IMG/VR virus record: IMGVR_UViG_3300028805_000061
DNA length: 64,000 nt
From: a virus
Taxonomy: Duplodnaviria; Caudoviricetes
Reading direction: 5' to 3' (one strand)
In this document: positions 10,553 through 23,154 of the stretch, one piece after another
Layout: every line of letters begins with the position of its first letter
How positions within the stretch are numbered: the stretch's first letter is position 1
Notes under the pieces: model-generated
Database searches by the model: none
The model's input: the letters and a program-made list of their open reading frames with translations, nothing else
What the model was told of the DNA's origin: nothing
Made by a program: the position numbers and the translations under genes

Positions 10553-10582
10553 AGGGAGAAATAAATATAATTTCTCCCTTTT
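10553..10582 (+). terminator. Rho-independent terminator
   Basis: agggagaaat/atttctccct stem followed by T-run. Confidence 0.75.
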
Positions 10583-10853
10583 CCATTAAATAATATATTT
10601 TAGAAAGGAAGTATAAAATGCAAGAATTTACAACAGATTCAATAAAAGCTGATACATTTAAACTTATTCAGCCTATGGCAATGGAAAAAATGAAAGATGC
10701 AGTTACTTTAATTGGTTCTATAATGTGCAATTTTAAAGACAATATTTCTATAAAAGATATATATTATTTAGCTATTGCACAAAGTATAATTGCTAATTTA
10801 GATTTGAATTTTCAACAAAATGTATTGAGAGCAAAATATGAGGAGATAAAAAA

Positions 10854-11180
10854 ATGGACAAAATTAAAAAATATAGAGTATGGACGATTATAAATCCACC
10901 AGATGAGCCTATTACAATTCCAGTAAATACAATGGATGAAGCAATTGTTGCTTTAAAAGTATTAGCTAAAATTGGAAATCACCCAGATATTGATAAAGCA
11001 ATGGTAGCTAATGTTTCAGGTTTAGAAGAATATAATGAAAAAGAACAAGAATGGCAAGAATGGTATGATTATAATGGTGAAGATGTTGAATATTATTGGC
11101 AACAAGCTGAATCAGATGATAATCTTACTTTTAATTCTTTCTATATTTTAGAAAGTGAGGCGATAAATGCCAGTACATAA
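10854..11180 (+). CDS. P22 gp17-like (exclusion-related) protein
   Basis: YRVW..INPP..P..IPV...EA..., ANVSGLEEY and EWQEWYD match my recollection of the P22 gp17 family pattern. Confidence 0.55.
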   Translation: MDKIKKYRVWTIINPPDEPITIPVNTMDEAIVALKVLAKIGNHPDIDKAMVANVSGLEEYNEKEQEWQEWYDYNGEDVEYYWQQAESDDNLTFNSFYILESEAINAST

Positions 11181-13158
11181 AACTATTTCTAAAGAAGTTA
11201 CTTTATATACTTTAGATGAAATGTTAGCAGATGAAAAATTAAAGAAAAATGTTTTAGATGCTAATAGAGAACCTGATCCAGTAATGGAAAGAATAATAGA
11301 AGATAAATCCAATGATTTAGCAATAGAGCTTGAAAAGAAAGGTTTTCAAAAAGTTGAGATTTATTATGATCTAAGTTATTGTTCAGGTTCTGGAGCTTGT
11401 TTTGATTTCAATGGTTGTAATATTTTAAAAATAGCAAAAAACTACCCCGAGCTATTATCTTATATAAAAAATATTAAATGGCTATTCAAAGATTGGGCAA
11501 GACGAGGTAAAATAAATTCAATAGATAGTTATTGTGAAATCAAAACAGAAAGAAATCAATTTGCAAACTTATATTGTCATGCAAAAACTAGAAATATCTA
11601 TTTTAATTGGAATATGAAATTAGATATGATTAATCTTAGTTCAGATGACAAATCAGTAATAGGGGAATTTCAACAAGCTTTTAGAAGTTTATATGTAGAC
11701 ATTTGTCAAGATATACTTAAAAAACTAAGAGCTGAAGAAGAATATTACCAATCAGATGATTATACTAAAGAACTTCTAGAAAGTAATTATTCTTATTGCT
11801 ACTTTTATGAAAATGGTACAATTTGTGATGAACTTAATAAAGTAGATAATCCTCCAGAAGAAAGTCTTCTATTAAATAATATTACTAGTTTCATGTACTC
11901 TAAAAATAGTTATGTAATTATTGATGAAGATGGTAAAATATTTTCTAATACTGGTTTAAGTGATGAACCAAGAGATGGTGATTTTCTTGATACAAGTGAT
12001 GAAGAAGATTTGGGTTTATCAAAAGCTATAATATTTTCAACTAATAATGAAGCCAATGATTTTATAGTAAGTTATTTAATAGATAATTATAAAGTAGTAT
12101 CAGTAGAACAAGCATTTAGAAAGATAAATAATGAATTGTCCAAAATGTAAAAATGATTTTGAAGTATATAGGACCTTTAAAAAAGTTAAATAAGAAATTA
12201 AGGGGTAGAATAATGCAATACAAAGAAGAAAATATAAAAATAGTAAAAGAAAGATTTGCATCAGCTTTATGTAATGAAGCTCTAATAGTTCAAACCTGTT
12301 TAGCAATGATAGAAAATCCTGATAAAGTAGATATTTCAGCTATAGATTTTGCTAAAATGATTTTAAATACAGTTAGACGCCCTTGGGAGGAGTTGAAAAA
12401 AGTAAATGGGACGGCTTGTAAATATAGTGAAATTGCTGTAGAGCAATATTTTACACAAGGTAAACTAGATGATGAAGCACCTATACACTTAGTAAAATAA
12501 AAGAGATTTTGAAATAAAGTAGAATTAGAAAGTAAAATCAAAACAACAGATAATAAATAAAATTATTAAGGGAGATTAGAATAGTGAAATTGAATATCAG
12601 ATACAAAAAACCACTAGAAGAAGTACATCAAGGTGAAGTAGAATTACATAAAAATGCTAAAGGTTATAATATTCAAATAGAGGGTAAGTTTTATTTCCCT
12701 GATAGAAACAATCAAGTTATAAATAATTTAGATAAGGTAAAAGATAAAGAATTATGGGTAGTTATTTATAAAGATGAAATAAATTATGGAAATATAGCTT
12801 TTGCATCACCAGACTATTTCATTAGATTCAATGAAGAGGAGAAATCAGTATGGATAGAAAAAGAAATCCCTTTAAATCAAATAGATAATCCGGATCAACC
12901 TTATATATGGGACTATATTGTTCTTGATAAATGTTCATCACCAGAACAAACTGATTTATTTATTGATAATTTAGAAAACTTAGGTTGTCCAGATCAATTA
13001 ATTAAAGAAGCTTTAAAAATCTTTTATAACTTACAAGAATAAATTTTTTTAAAATTTATTTACAATCATGTTTAATATAATAATATTATTTAATAAAATT
13101 ATTTTATTAAAATATTAAGTAGTACATAAGCCTATAAGGTGAAAAGAAAGGAGTCATT

Positions 13159-13650
13159 ATGACAGATACACTTATTTTAGAGACTAGAAGGTCTAAGGGG
13201 GTTCATAAAGCTGACCTCACAAAACTTACTAAAGAACAAGTTAAATCAGCTTTAGATTTTTTCAATTCTTCTTCTTACGTAGCAGTTAAAAATTATCGTG
13301 CAAAAGCAGATAATGCTGAAGTAATGGAGATTAAGTTTCACAGACAAGGAGCTAAAGGAATAATCAAATATAGCTTAAAGACTATTCTTACTCCAGAAGA
13401 TTTCAAAGCAATAGGTTTTGAAGATACACCAAATAAAAACTTACATTTAACTCAAAAAGGTTGTACTATAGATAAACTATTTGATGTTGAAGTAAAAGCT
13501 CCAGTAAAGAAAATTTCTTCAAAGAAAACTAAAACTGAAAAAGCAAATGAAGAAAAGAAATCTTCATCAAAGAAACAACCATTACCATTCACTAAGGAAG
13601 CTGCAAAAGCTAAAACTATTGAAGAAACTACAGAAACAAAAGAAGAATAA
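13159..13650 (+). CDS. Hypothetical protein with Lys/Glu-rich tail, paralogue of 10174..10506
   Basis: Shared pattern ending EDxxxIGF; strong RBS. Confidence 0.7.
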   Translation: MTDTLILETRRSKGVHKADLTKLTKEQVKSALDFFNSSSYVAVKNYRAKADNAEVMEIKFHRQGAKGIIKYSLKTILTPEDFKAIGFEDTPNKNLHLTQKGCTIDKLFDVEVKAPVKKISSKKTKTEKANEEKKSSSKKQPLPFTKEAAKAKTIEETTETKEE

Positions 13651-13655
13651 ATAAT

Positions 13656-13691
13656 TTAAAAGGAGATAACTATAAAGTTATCTCCTTTTAA
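13656..13691 (+). terminator. Rho-independent terminator
   Basis: ttaaaaggagataact-ataa-agttatctccttttaa perfect hairpin. Confidence 0.8.
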
Positions 13692-13945
13692 TAGAAAGAT
13701 TTTTATGAAGGAAGTACAACAATTATATAATAAAGTTACAGAGGGAATAGAATCTCCCACTGATTTAGTTTTAAAAGTAAATGATTTGTATTCAGTAATA
13801 CTATTATTAATAACTAAAGCTTTTGAAGTAGCACCAGATGATCAAAAGAATTTAGTTATTGATTCTATAAAGCCTATGACAAATCAATACATTTCTAAAT
13901 TAATGAAATTAGTTACGGACAATGAGTTGAATACAATAGATAAAA

Positions 13946-14338
13946 ATGAGTAGTGATGCATTAATAATACGTAATTTTCAACTAATGAAAAACATATTTG
14001 ATAATAACGACATTTTAGTTACTTATTATAAGTTGACTAAGAAAGAAATATGTTTAATACAAGAATTATGCATGAAGCACCACTCTTATAAAGCTTTTAT
14101 AGAGTGTAATCCAAAAGATTTTTCTTTGTCACATAAAAGTTTATATAGAGTTTTAAATAAGTTAGAAAATAAGAATGTTTTAAATATAGTAAGCAAACCA
14201 AGTAATCAATACTCCCTTATTCAAGTATATTTTACAATAAATTTTATTCAAATAGTTTGTGATGAGGAGTTTGCTGATTTGTATGAAAAATGGTTAGCTT
14301 GGAGAAAAGAAGATATCAGTTTAAATAAGGAGATGTAA
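13946..14338 (+). CDS. Winged-helix (MarR-like) DNA-binding protein
   Basis: LTKKEI...LSHKSLYRVLNKLENKNVL pattern. Confidence 0.5.
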   Translation: MSSDALIIRNFQLMKNIFDNNDILVTYYKLTKKEICLIQELCMKHHSYKAFIECNPKDFSLSHKSLYRVLNKLENKNVLNIVSKPSNQYSLIQVYFTINFIQIVCDEEFADLYEKWLAWRKEDISLNKEM

Positions 14339-15853
14339 AATGAATGAAATAGATAAAATATTTGAGAAGGAAGAGTTAAAAAATAGAATTAATCAAGCGA
14401 TGATGTGGTTAGGTTTTGAAGATATAGAATTTGAAAAAACTTTTTCCACTGAAGATTTTGAGCAAGGTAGAACTGGTGAAAAAGTATTTAAAACTGGTAT
14501 AACTTATTCTAATACAGATGGCTTGATACCAAAGCAAATAGCAACTAGTTTAGTAAAAATATTAGAAGAGATTATAGACTACCATATTAAATTAAAAGAT
14601 ATCAAATTGAATATTAAACATAAAAAAGAAGAAAAACTTCAAAGAGAAAAAATAGAAATTGAAAGAGAGAAGTTAGAAAAACAATTAAAGGGAGGTATCG
14701 ATGCCTAATAGATTAATTAAACTAAAAGAAGTAATGGATACTCTGCAAGAACAAGATCAATTTCATATAAGCTACCCTTCTATAAGACAATTCTATATAA
14801 GAAAATCCTTAAATGAAGATGTAGCTAAATATATTATTGAAAAGAAAAAAGTTCAAAACATTAGTTATTATATAGAAGAAGATAACTTTGAAGCATTTAA
14901 AAAAGCTTTATATAATCAATTTATCTAATTAGATTATATTAGAGGAGGAATTAAAATGTATATTCCAGTATTTGCATTAAGAAAAAATGAAATTGAAATA
15001 CTTAGCCCAAAGCTAAATAGACTTGTTACTATTAAAGAATTAAATGAGCCAATAAATGCTTTTATAGTTGATCAAAATGAGTATAATTATATAGTTAATT
15101 TTGTAGAAGGTTTTAGGGAAGGTCTATATGAATCAACAGTAGAACAAGTAAGAAGACCAGAAGTACTAAGAGCTGTTACATTAGTATTTAATTTACTTGT
15201 TGATGCACAAAAAATTAAAGATGTTGATTTAAAAACTACTGCTATGGCTGGTATATCTAGTTCAATAATGTCGATAATGATTATGGCTCCAGAATATGGA
15301 ACGAGATTAATTAGTATAATAAAGAGTAAAATATAATGAAAATATTTAATTTAAAAGCACTAGGCAATAAAATAAAAGTTAATATTTTAAATAAATATGA
15401 TTCAATATTAAATAAAATTGCAATTAAAAGTAAAGCATATAAAAATCTGTATAACGAATATAGTTCTTTTTTAATTACAAATAAAAGAATAGTTGATATT
15501 GATAAAATTATTCATGGTACTAAAATTGGTAAACTAATTAGACTTATATTTCAAAAAGTGCCAGGTATGATGAGTAATTTGAATTCTTTTGATATAAGTA
15601 TTATTAGATCAACTGAGCCTAATGATATTTTAATTGTAAGTGATAATTTAGAAAAACATAGAGTTCTTGAAGAAATGAAGTATTTTTCTGGATCAGCTCA
15701 AGTTTTTACTATTGAAGATCTAGAAAATCCTTATATGCCAATATTAACACCATTAGGGAGGGTTTACATATTTTCTTCAATTTGGTTAAAAGATTTAATT
15801 ACAATAGAGAATCTAGTTTATATTATAGAAAATGAAAAAGGAGAGTTGGCGTT

Positions 15854-16459
15854 ATGATTTATATAGAGGGTCCAAGAAATACAGGAAAGACTTATTTGTT
15901 AGATAGGTATTTAAAAGAATTTCCGAACAAATTTTATACTTATAAATTCCCTTATTATAGTTTATATGAAAAATTAGAATTAAATAAAGAATTGAATGCT
16001 GGAACATATTTTAGTTTTGGTAAAGATTTAGACTTATTAGCTTTAGCTAAAGCTAATTTATTACCTGAAAATCTTATTTTAGATAGAGGTTTTACTAGTT
16101 CTATAATATTTGCTATAATGTTTAGACAAGCTAAACCTGAGAGTATGTCTAATTTTATTGATACAATATCTACTATTTATAAAGATATAAAAATTGATAT
16201 ATTATATATTGAACCTAATATAACTGAAAGAGATAGATTGGGTTTATCTGAAAATAGAGAAAAAGATAAAGAAGAACTTCCTTCTTTAAATTTAGTAGAT
16301 AATATTATTACTGATAAAGTATTTGATTTTAACTATAATTGGGTGTTTCAACAATTAGCAAATTGCCCTAATATAGCTATTCATAGATTTACTAATAATT
16401 TTGATGAAGATTCTGTTACTAGATTTACTAGCTTAATGAATGTTTTATATAAAAATTAA
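15854..16459 (+). CDS. Deoxynucleoside-monophosphate (thymidylate-type) kinase
   Basis: N-terminal P-loop IYIEGPRNTGKT and LILDRGFTS motif. Confidence 0.8.
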   Translation: MIYIEGPRNTGKTYLLDRYLKEFPNKFYTYKFPYYSLYEKLELNKELNAGTYFSFGKDLDLLALAKANLLPENLILDRGFTSSIIFAIMFRQAKPESMSNFIDTISTIYKDIKIDILYIEPNITERDRLGLSENREKDKEELPSLNLVDNIITDKVFDFNYNWVFQQLANCPNIAIHRFTNNFDEDSVTRFTSLMNVLYKN

Positions 16460-16559
16460 TATTATTTAAAAATCACATTTTTATATAATATTAATTTAAT
16501 AAAATTATAATATATAAAATCTAATTAATACCTAGATTTAGAATTAGAAAGGAGATATT

Positions 16560-16733
16560 TTGAATATTTTATCCCGGGTAATAATAGTATTAGTTACATC
16601 AATAGTAATTATAATAGGGGGTTTCTTTTTTATAATAATAACTTTACTAGCTGCTATTAAAAATTGGGGGGCATTTAAAAATTGTGATAGTCCAGAAAAT
16701 GATTTTATTGATATAGAAGATTATGACTATTAG
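16560..16733 (+). CDS. 57-aa membrane protein, TTG start (not in ORF track)
   Basis: aaaggag RBS; long hydrophobic stretch VIIVLVTSIVIIIGGFFFIIITLLAAI and acidic tail. Confidence 0.65.
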   Translation: MNILSRVIIVLVTSIVIIIGGFFFIIITLLAAIKNWGAFKNCDSPENDFIDIEDYDY

Positions 16734-17234
16734 GAGATGTAAAAATGATTACAATAGACAAAGAAATTTTAGAAGAAATTCAAAATTGTATTGATGATGC
16801 TGTAGAACAAATTAGAGATGGTTATCCAGATATAGCTGAATCAGATTTACAAGATGCTGCTTATTTAATAAATACAAAAATACCAAAAGAATTAAGAGAA
16901 GAAGTAGCAGCAAGTCTAGAAATAAATCCTTTAGATTTTGCAATTTAAGAAGGAGGTGAAAATGAATAAAAAAGAACAATTCACAGCAATATACTATTAT
17001 TTTCTAAATGTAGTTTATGCTTATTACTTAATGAAAGGTCAAACAGATAATGAAATTTTCAAGTATAGTTTTGAGCAATTAAAAGAAAGAGCTAAAGAGT
17101 TAGGATTAACAGCTGTTTGTGAAAGAAATGGAGAAGATATCATTTTAATAGTTGAAAAACCAGAGGAATATGTAATAGTATCAGCTGATTTAGATATCTA
17201 CACTTATGAAGATGAAGAAATGGAGGTGCAATAA

Positions 17235-17708
17235 ATGGGTGAAATTGCTGAAATGATGTTAGATGGTACTCTTTGCGAAAGATGTGGTAGTTTTATAGAT
17301 GGTGACTCTCCTGGTTTTCCTAGATTATGTAATGATTGCAAACCTAAAAAGAGAAAGAAAAAGACTTCTGTAAAAGCAGTTTTAATTAACCCTTTTAAGA
17401 AATCGGTATCTTTAATTGATTTAAAGAAAGAAGAAGATGAAATAGACTTAAAACACTGCTATTATTTATTAGATTGTGATTTAGTAACATTTGTATATGC
17501 AAAAGGGAATAGGATTTTAGTAGTAGATGAAGAAGGTTTAATGAAAGAAAATAATAAACCTTTTAAAATAGATAAAGTAGGGCAAGAATATTTTGTAGGT
17601 AAAGCTTTATTAGTTCAAGAAAATCAACAAATACCTACTGATCTAAATAAACAAGAATTACCTTTCCTTAAAAACAAAATATCTTTTCCAGAAATAATAG
17701 AAGAATAG
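17235..17708 (+). CDS. Zn-finger plus DUF3846-like protein
   Basis: CERC...CNDC N-terminus; KAVLINP...LVVDEEGL...FVGKALLV. Confidence 0.5.
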   Translation: MGEIAEMMLDGTLCERCGSFIDGDSPGFPRLCNDCKPKKRKKKTSVKAVLINPFKKSVSLIDLKKEEDEIDLKHCYYLLDCDLVTFVYAKGNRILVVDEEGLMKENNKPFKIDKVGQEYFVGKALLVQENQQIPTDLNKQELPFLKNKISFPEIIEE

Positions 17709-20128
17709 AGGGTTAAATGGTTCAAGGTTATGATTCTTGGTTATACCAACAAGCAGACAATTACATGAGTAGCTTTTGTGAAGGTGAACCAAAAGTAACT
17801 GGAGCTTATAAAGAATTTGAGGGTTACGATGAAGAGGGTAATATAGAAACTTCAACCAGTTATACTTACAATTGCGAAGATTGTGATAATGAAGAATGTG
17901 AATATTGGAAAGATTTTCATTCATAAGGAGAAAATAATGACTGATGATTTTAGTTATAAAAAAGAAGATATTAGACCTTTAGGAACAATAATTTATCCTA
18001 TAAAGTTAGAAGAAAAATCAAAAACTATAAAATGTAAAATTTGTAATGGTACAGGTAAACTATCAGTTACTAGAAATAAGAAAAAATATACTTTTCCTTG
18101 TCCTTGTTGTTTAGGAGAAGGAAAAGATGAAAAATATTATAATGAATGGGTAATACCAAAACTAGTAGACTATAGAATAGGGGGTTATCATATTTCAGCA
18201 ATTGCAGATTCAGCTTTAGGAGAAGCCCATAATTTTGAATTACTAGACATAAAATATAGCACTGTACACGGATATGTATATTATAATCATTCAGACTGTT
18301 TTTTAACTAAAGAAAAGGCTGAAGCTGAATGCAAATACAGAAATAGATTTCCTAGTAGAAAGAGAAGAGATTAAATAATGAAGACTAGAAAAAGACAAGT
18401 AAGAGAAATCTCTTTTTATAAAAGATTAAATCAACTTTGTAAGAAAGTAGAATTTAAACCTGATTTAGCTGAATATATTTATCATTCAATAGTAAATAAT
18501 GTTTCTACTACTGAATTAAATCAAATAAATATTGCACTAGAAAATACTTTAAAGGAGATAGAAATATGTACACATCCATAGAAGGTCTTTCTAATACAAA
18601 TCAAAATTTAGCTTTAGAATTATTGGATAATTATAGAGATAGTGTTAGAGATGAACTTTTTAATATATTAAAGAAAGAATTCAAGAAAAATAAAATATAT
18701 GGAAATGTAGAAAAATCAGCATTCCCCTTAGGAATATACATAGAATTTACTAAAGCTAAAAAACTTTTTGTAAACATTGAATTTACTAATGAAGAAATAA
18801 CTATTTCAGCTGGTTTATTATTAGAAGAAGATATAGATTTCCATATTGATGATACTTTACATTTAAGCGGCTCATTTTTATGTATAACAGAACCTAAAGA
18901 ACAGGCTAAACATTTAGCATATCAAATTATAGAATTTGTAAAACCTCTATACAAATTATCTCAAAAAATTTATATAAGAAAGGGAAATAATGACTAAAGA
19001 AGAACAAATCAAAGAAGCTTTCTATGCAGCTATTCAAGACATAGATCAATGGGCATGTCCTTATACAGACCTAGAAAGTTTAATAAGATATGCAGAAGTA
19101 AATGGTAAGCCTTTTCCAACAGCAACTTCGCAAGCTATTATAGAAGTAATAAGAGCTGAAGGGTATTTCTTTAGAGAAATAACACACGTAGATATATACA
19201 AATTCTTACTAGATTACCCAGAAATTCAAGATGATTATAGCTTTAATATTGAAGATTTAGACGAGATATGTCAAGTAGGACTTGAAGTATGGCTAGATAA
19301 ATCAATAGATATTGATGAATTTCTAAGAAGTTGTATAGCTAATTATTAAAGGAGAATATGATGGCAATAACGAAAAAAGCTAAAGAAAGACAAGCTATAT
19401 TAAGACAAATGTTAATTGATATTCACAAAGATTGTATTGAAGTATCAGATAAATTTCATACACTAGATTTAGTTGATGCAGTTATGTTATCAGTTGCAGA
19501 AAACGTTTCAACTACACAATTAAATCAAATAAACATTTCTTTAAAGAATAGATTGAAGGAGTTTAAAAATGAGTACGTATGATACAGAATTAGATAGTAT
19601 TAACAATATATGTTCTTTGGTTGGAGAGATAATGCAACTTTCTTTAGATATACATTCTAGAACAGGTAATGAACAAATAGAAAAAGATTGTACTTTAATA
19701 GCTAAGAAAGCTACAACTATAAAAAGTAAAGCACAAAGAATGGAAAATAGACTTAAAGAGTATAAAACTACAATAGAGAGTTTAGGTTTTAGAAGAATTA
19801 AAGATAAAAGGAGAAGTAAATGAAAGTAAAAGATATCCAGAAAATAGCTTTAGCTACAGCACAATTCTTAGATTTTGTTGATGAAGTTGCAGATGAGATG
19901 TATCAAGGTTATGATTTTATAGATTATACTTTGCTATGTGTTCATAGAGATGCTTTTTCAAAACTTACAGAAAATGAAGCAGTAGAACTAGTAAAAGCAA
20001 TAGGATTTGCTGTTCTCCCTGGAAATACTTTTGAAGAAATAGATGAACCTACTTTTTCTTTAAAGATCCTATGCAATGAAGAAGATTTAAAAAATAAAGT
20101 AAAGAATTTTATAGAAAAGGAGTTGTAA

Positions 20129-20281
20129 ATGAATAATGAATTACTAGGAGAAATACAAAAACTAGTTCAGAAATTAGTAAATATTGCTAATGGTGATCCA
20201 GAAGTTAAGAACACCCTTTCAAGGAGAGAAGCTTATTTAGCTGTAAGAGTAATGGATTTAGCTGAAGGTTTTATTAGTTAA
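20129..20281 (+). CDS. 50-aa hypothetical protein (not in ORF track)
   Basis: aaggag RBS; MNNELLGEIQKLVQ...; abuts the previous stop. Confidence 0.65.
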   Translation: MNNELLGEIQKLVQKLVNIANGDPEVKNTLSRREAYLAVRVMDLAEGFIS

Positions 20282-21393
20282 GTAGAAGATGATAGATTTA
20301 TAGGAGAGGTAAGAAATGAGTAAGTATAATTTAGTAGGTGTCGACTCAAATGCTTTTTCAGTTTTAACTTATGTAAAAACAGCTTTAAAAAGAGAGGGGT
20401 TAAAAGATAAAATAGATGATTATATGGCTAAAGCAACAAGTTCAGACTATGATCACTTATTAGCAATAAGTATAGAATATATTGATTTAGCTAATGAAAA
20501 AGCTATAGAAAATGGTTATATAGAAGAGGGTGAAGAATGAGTTTAGAAGAACAAAGAAAAGAATTAGCTGAAATAATGAAAAAAGCTAAACAGAAAAATA
20601 AAGAATTAAAGAAAAGTTTTGAACCAATAGAAATACATATAGGTTTTTGCTTTAAGTATAAAGGGAAAACTTTTGTTTTTAAAGGTTTGAAAGAAGATCA
20701 GCCTGAATTCCTGGAAATGAAATATGATTATGGTTTAATGGATCTAGATATAACTAAAAAACAAATAAAAACTATTGATCCTACTTCAATAAAATGTGAT
20801 AGATATGGTAATATATTAGATGAATCAAAAGAAATAATAAAAGATGATAAAGGATATTATAAATATAAGGAGGATAATATGGCAGTAGATCAAGATGGTA
20901 AATGGGTAGGTCATTTGAATAATATAGAAATGACTGATTTAGAACTAGCTTTTTATAATCAAGCAAAAAGAATTAAAATGAATATGAAATATAATTTGCT
21001 TGATTTTGAAAAAGTAATAGATTTTTTAGAAAAAGTAGACATAAATAATATGACTTTACTAGAAGCTGTAATAATAAATATGCTTATTGGAAAAACATTT
21101 GTTAAGAATAGTTGGAGTGATGAAGCTAAGTCAAGACTTCAAACTTTTATCTATGATAGAAAATTAATTACACAAGATGGTAATGAAGTTAGTACTAAAT
21201 CAGGTTCAGTTAAAATAGAATCTCCAGAGAGATACTCTTTATATAAAGGTGAATATATCTCTTTAATAGATTCTAATAATGAAAAAGTACAAAGACTGAG
21301 ATACTTGGAAGAAGAGATAATGCCTTTTTATAATAAAATAAAAGAGTATGAAGATTTAAAAAGAGAATTAAATTTATAAAGGAGAGATAAATT

Positions 21394-22056
21394 ATGAATA
21401 TACTTAACTATGAAGCACAAGAAGTAGATTCTTTAACTGAAATAATAAATAAACAAAAAGTTATAATGTTTGCATTTGAGCCTAATTTAGAACAAAAAGC
21501 AAAAGAATTTGATATAGATATTTATGAAGATCAAATGCTACTTAAAGAGTTTCTTCTAGAAAGAGTAGTTGAAGAAATAACTGAAGCTTTTGCAGCATTT
21601 AGAGCTAAACATTATGAACATTATTTAGAAGAGATTGTAGATGTATTTAATTTTATTATTGAAACACATATACTTTTAAGAAATGTAGTAGAGAATGATT
21701 CAACTCTTCTAAAAGATTTAGCTAATTCTTTTAGCTTATATGAAAAACACATTAAGTTACCTGATTATTTATATCAAGATTTTTGCCCTCCAGAATCCCA
21801 AAGAAGAGCACTTATAAAAAGTGATTTATTTAATATTATTCAACTAATTGGAGAAATTACTAATTTATTAAAACAACGTCCTTGGAGAGAAAGTCAATAT
21901 CCAGTAGATTTACTTACATTTAAGAAAAAATGGTTGGAATTTATTCAAATTTTCTTTGATACTCTAATTCATCAAGGAATTGGTTATGATATTTTATCAG
22001 GTATTTGGTCTAAGAAATATCAAGTAAATAAGTTCCGTATAGAAAGTAATTATTAA
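21394..22056 (+). CDS. All-alpha dNTP pyrophosphatase (dimeric dUTPase/dCTPase, MazG-like fold)
   Basis: EEITEA...LEEIVDVFNF acidic motifs, KQRPWR and KYQVNKFR end motif. Confidence 0.75.
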   Translation: MNILNYEAQEVDSLTEIINKQKVIMFAFEPNLEQKAKEFDIDIYEDQMLLKEFLLERVVEEITEAFAAFRAKHYEHYLEEIVDVFNFIIETHILLRNVVENDSTLLKDLANSFSLYEKHIKLPDYLYQDFCPPESQRRALIKSDLFNIIQLIGEITNLLKQRPWRESQYPVDLLTFKKKWLEFIQIFFDTLIHQGIGYDILSGIWSKKYQVNKFRIESNY

Positions 22057-22424
22057 TATGCATGAAAGAGATTACTATAAAGCTTTATTAATAGAACATT
22101 GCAATAGATATAACAATAAATTAATTCCTACTAGATTTGGTTTTAAACATTTATCTAAACCAAAAGAACTGTATGAGATACAATTTATTTGTAAAAAGGT
22201 TGCAGATACTATTACACAAGAAAAACTGGAACAAAATATAGTTAAACTTTCAGCAATATACCCTAATGTAACTGGTAAACCTCATAAATATTCAAAATAT
22301 AATTCCAAGAGAATTATAAAGAAAGAACAAGATTATATTTATAATGAAGTAAGAGAACGAGAAAAACGCTTAGGTTATTTCTTTGATGCTGCTTCGCAAC
22401 ATATATATGGTAAGGGTTATGACA

Positions 22425-22799
22425 ATGAACAATAATTTGTTAATTGAAAGATTAAACAAACATACTTATTTATTAGAACAAAATGATAAAATTAAGGACC
22501 TTTTTAATAAACTTAGTAAAACATCTTTAAAAATTAAAGGAAGTATATTTAAAGAACGTCAAACTCCAGAACATATTAAAAATTTTGTAGATAAGTTAAT
22601 AGGGAATGATAAAAGATATGATTTAAAAGTAGATTTTGAATCTAGAGAAAAACCTAAATCTAGTTATTCTATAATTTGGTCTAAAAAAGAGCCAGATAAA
22701 TTAGAACTCTTTAAGATAATTAATAGTAGATGGGATAAAAGATTTGTTGATGTTGACTCATCTATAGAAGAAATAGAGAAAGCTTTAAATGATTTTTAA
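22425..22799 (+). CDS. Leader-bearing protein 1, putative virion-internal protein
   Basis: Probable start 22419 or 22425: MNNNLLIERLNKHTYLLE. Confidence 0.55.
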   Translation: MNNNLLIERLNKHTYLLEQNDKIKDLFNKLSKTSLKIKGSIFKERQTPEHIKNFVDKLIGNDKRYDLKVDFESREKPKSSYSIIWSKKEPDKLELFKIINSRWDKRFVDVDSSIEEIEKALNDF

Positions 22800-22815
22800 A
22801 ATAGGAGAATAAATA

Positions 22816-23151
22816 ATGGAGAATAATAAACTATTAGAAAAACTTTTATATCATCTTAATGAAGATGGTTATGGTAAATTAGAAGTCATACTTAGAAATC
22901 TTATAGCTGATGAACAACAAGCCACAGCTGGTTATCTTAAAGCTGCTCATAAAGTAGCTGAAAAAGCTGAAGAAAAAGGCGATTCTTTGGGTTTGAAAAT
23001 AGCTAAAGTTTTTGAAGATTTAGCTAATGAAGAAAAAGTTCATATTGGTGAACTTAAAAAATGTTTAGAACTAATTGGTGTTTCTGATAAAGAGCAACAA
23101 GAAGGTGAAAATGAAGTAGAAGAAATAATAGGAAATGTAGGAAAGGTATAA
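22816..23151 (+). CDS. Leader-bearing half-ferritin/rubrerythrin-like protein
   Basis: IADEQQATAGY and DLANEEKVHIGEL (EExxH) di-iron helices after MENNKLLEKLLYHLNE. Confidence 0.75.
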   Translation: MENNKLLEKLLYHLNEDGYGKLEVILRNLIADEQQATAGYLKAAHKVAEKAEEKGDSLGLKIAKVFEDLANEEKVHIGELKKCLELIGVSDKEQQEGENEVEEIIGNVGKV

Positions 23152-23154
23152 AAA

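Larger units (their letters stand above)
7783..21379 (+). other. Dense block of small co-oriented hypothetical early/host-takeover genes
   Basis: About 35 abutting + strand ORFs, mostly 45-330 aa, most with AGGAG/GAGG RBS; several carry CxxC pairs (8073, 17235, 17717, 17883). Confidence 0.8.
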
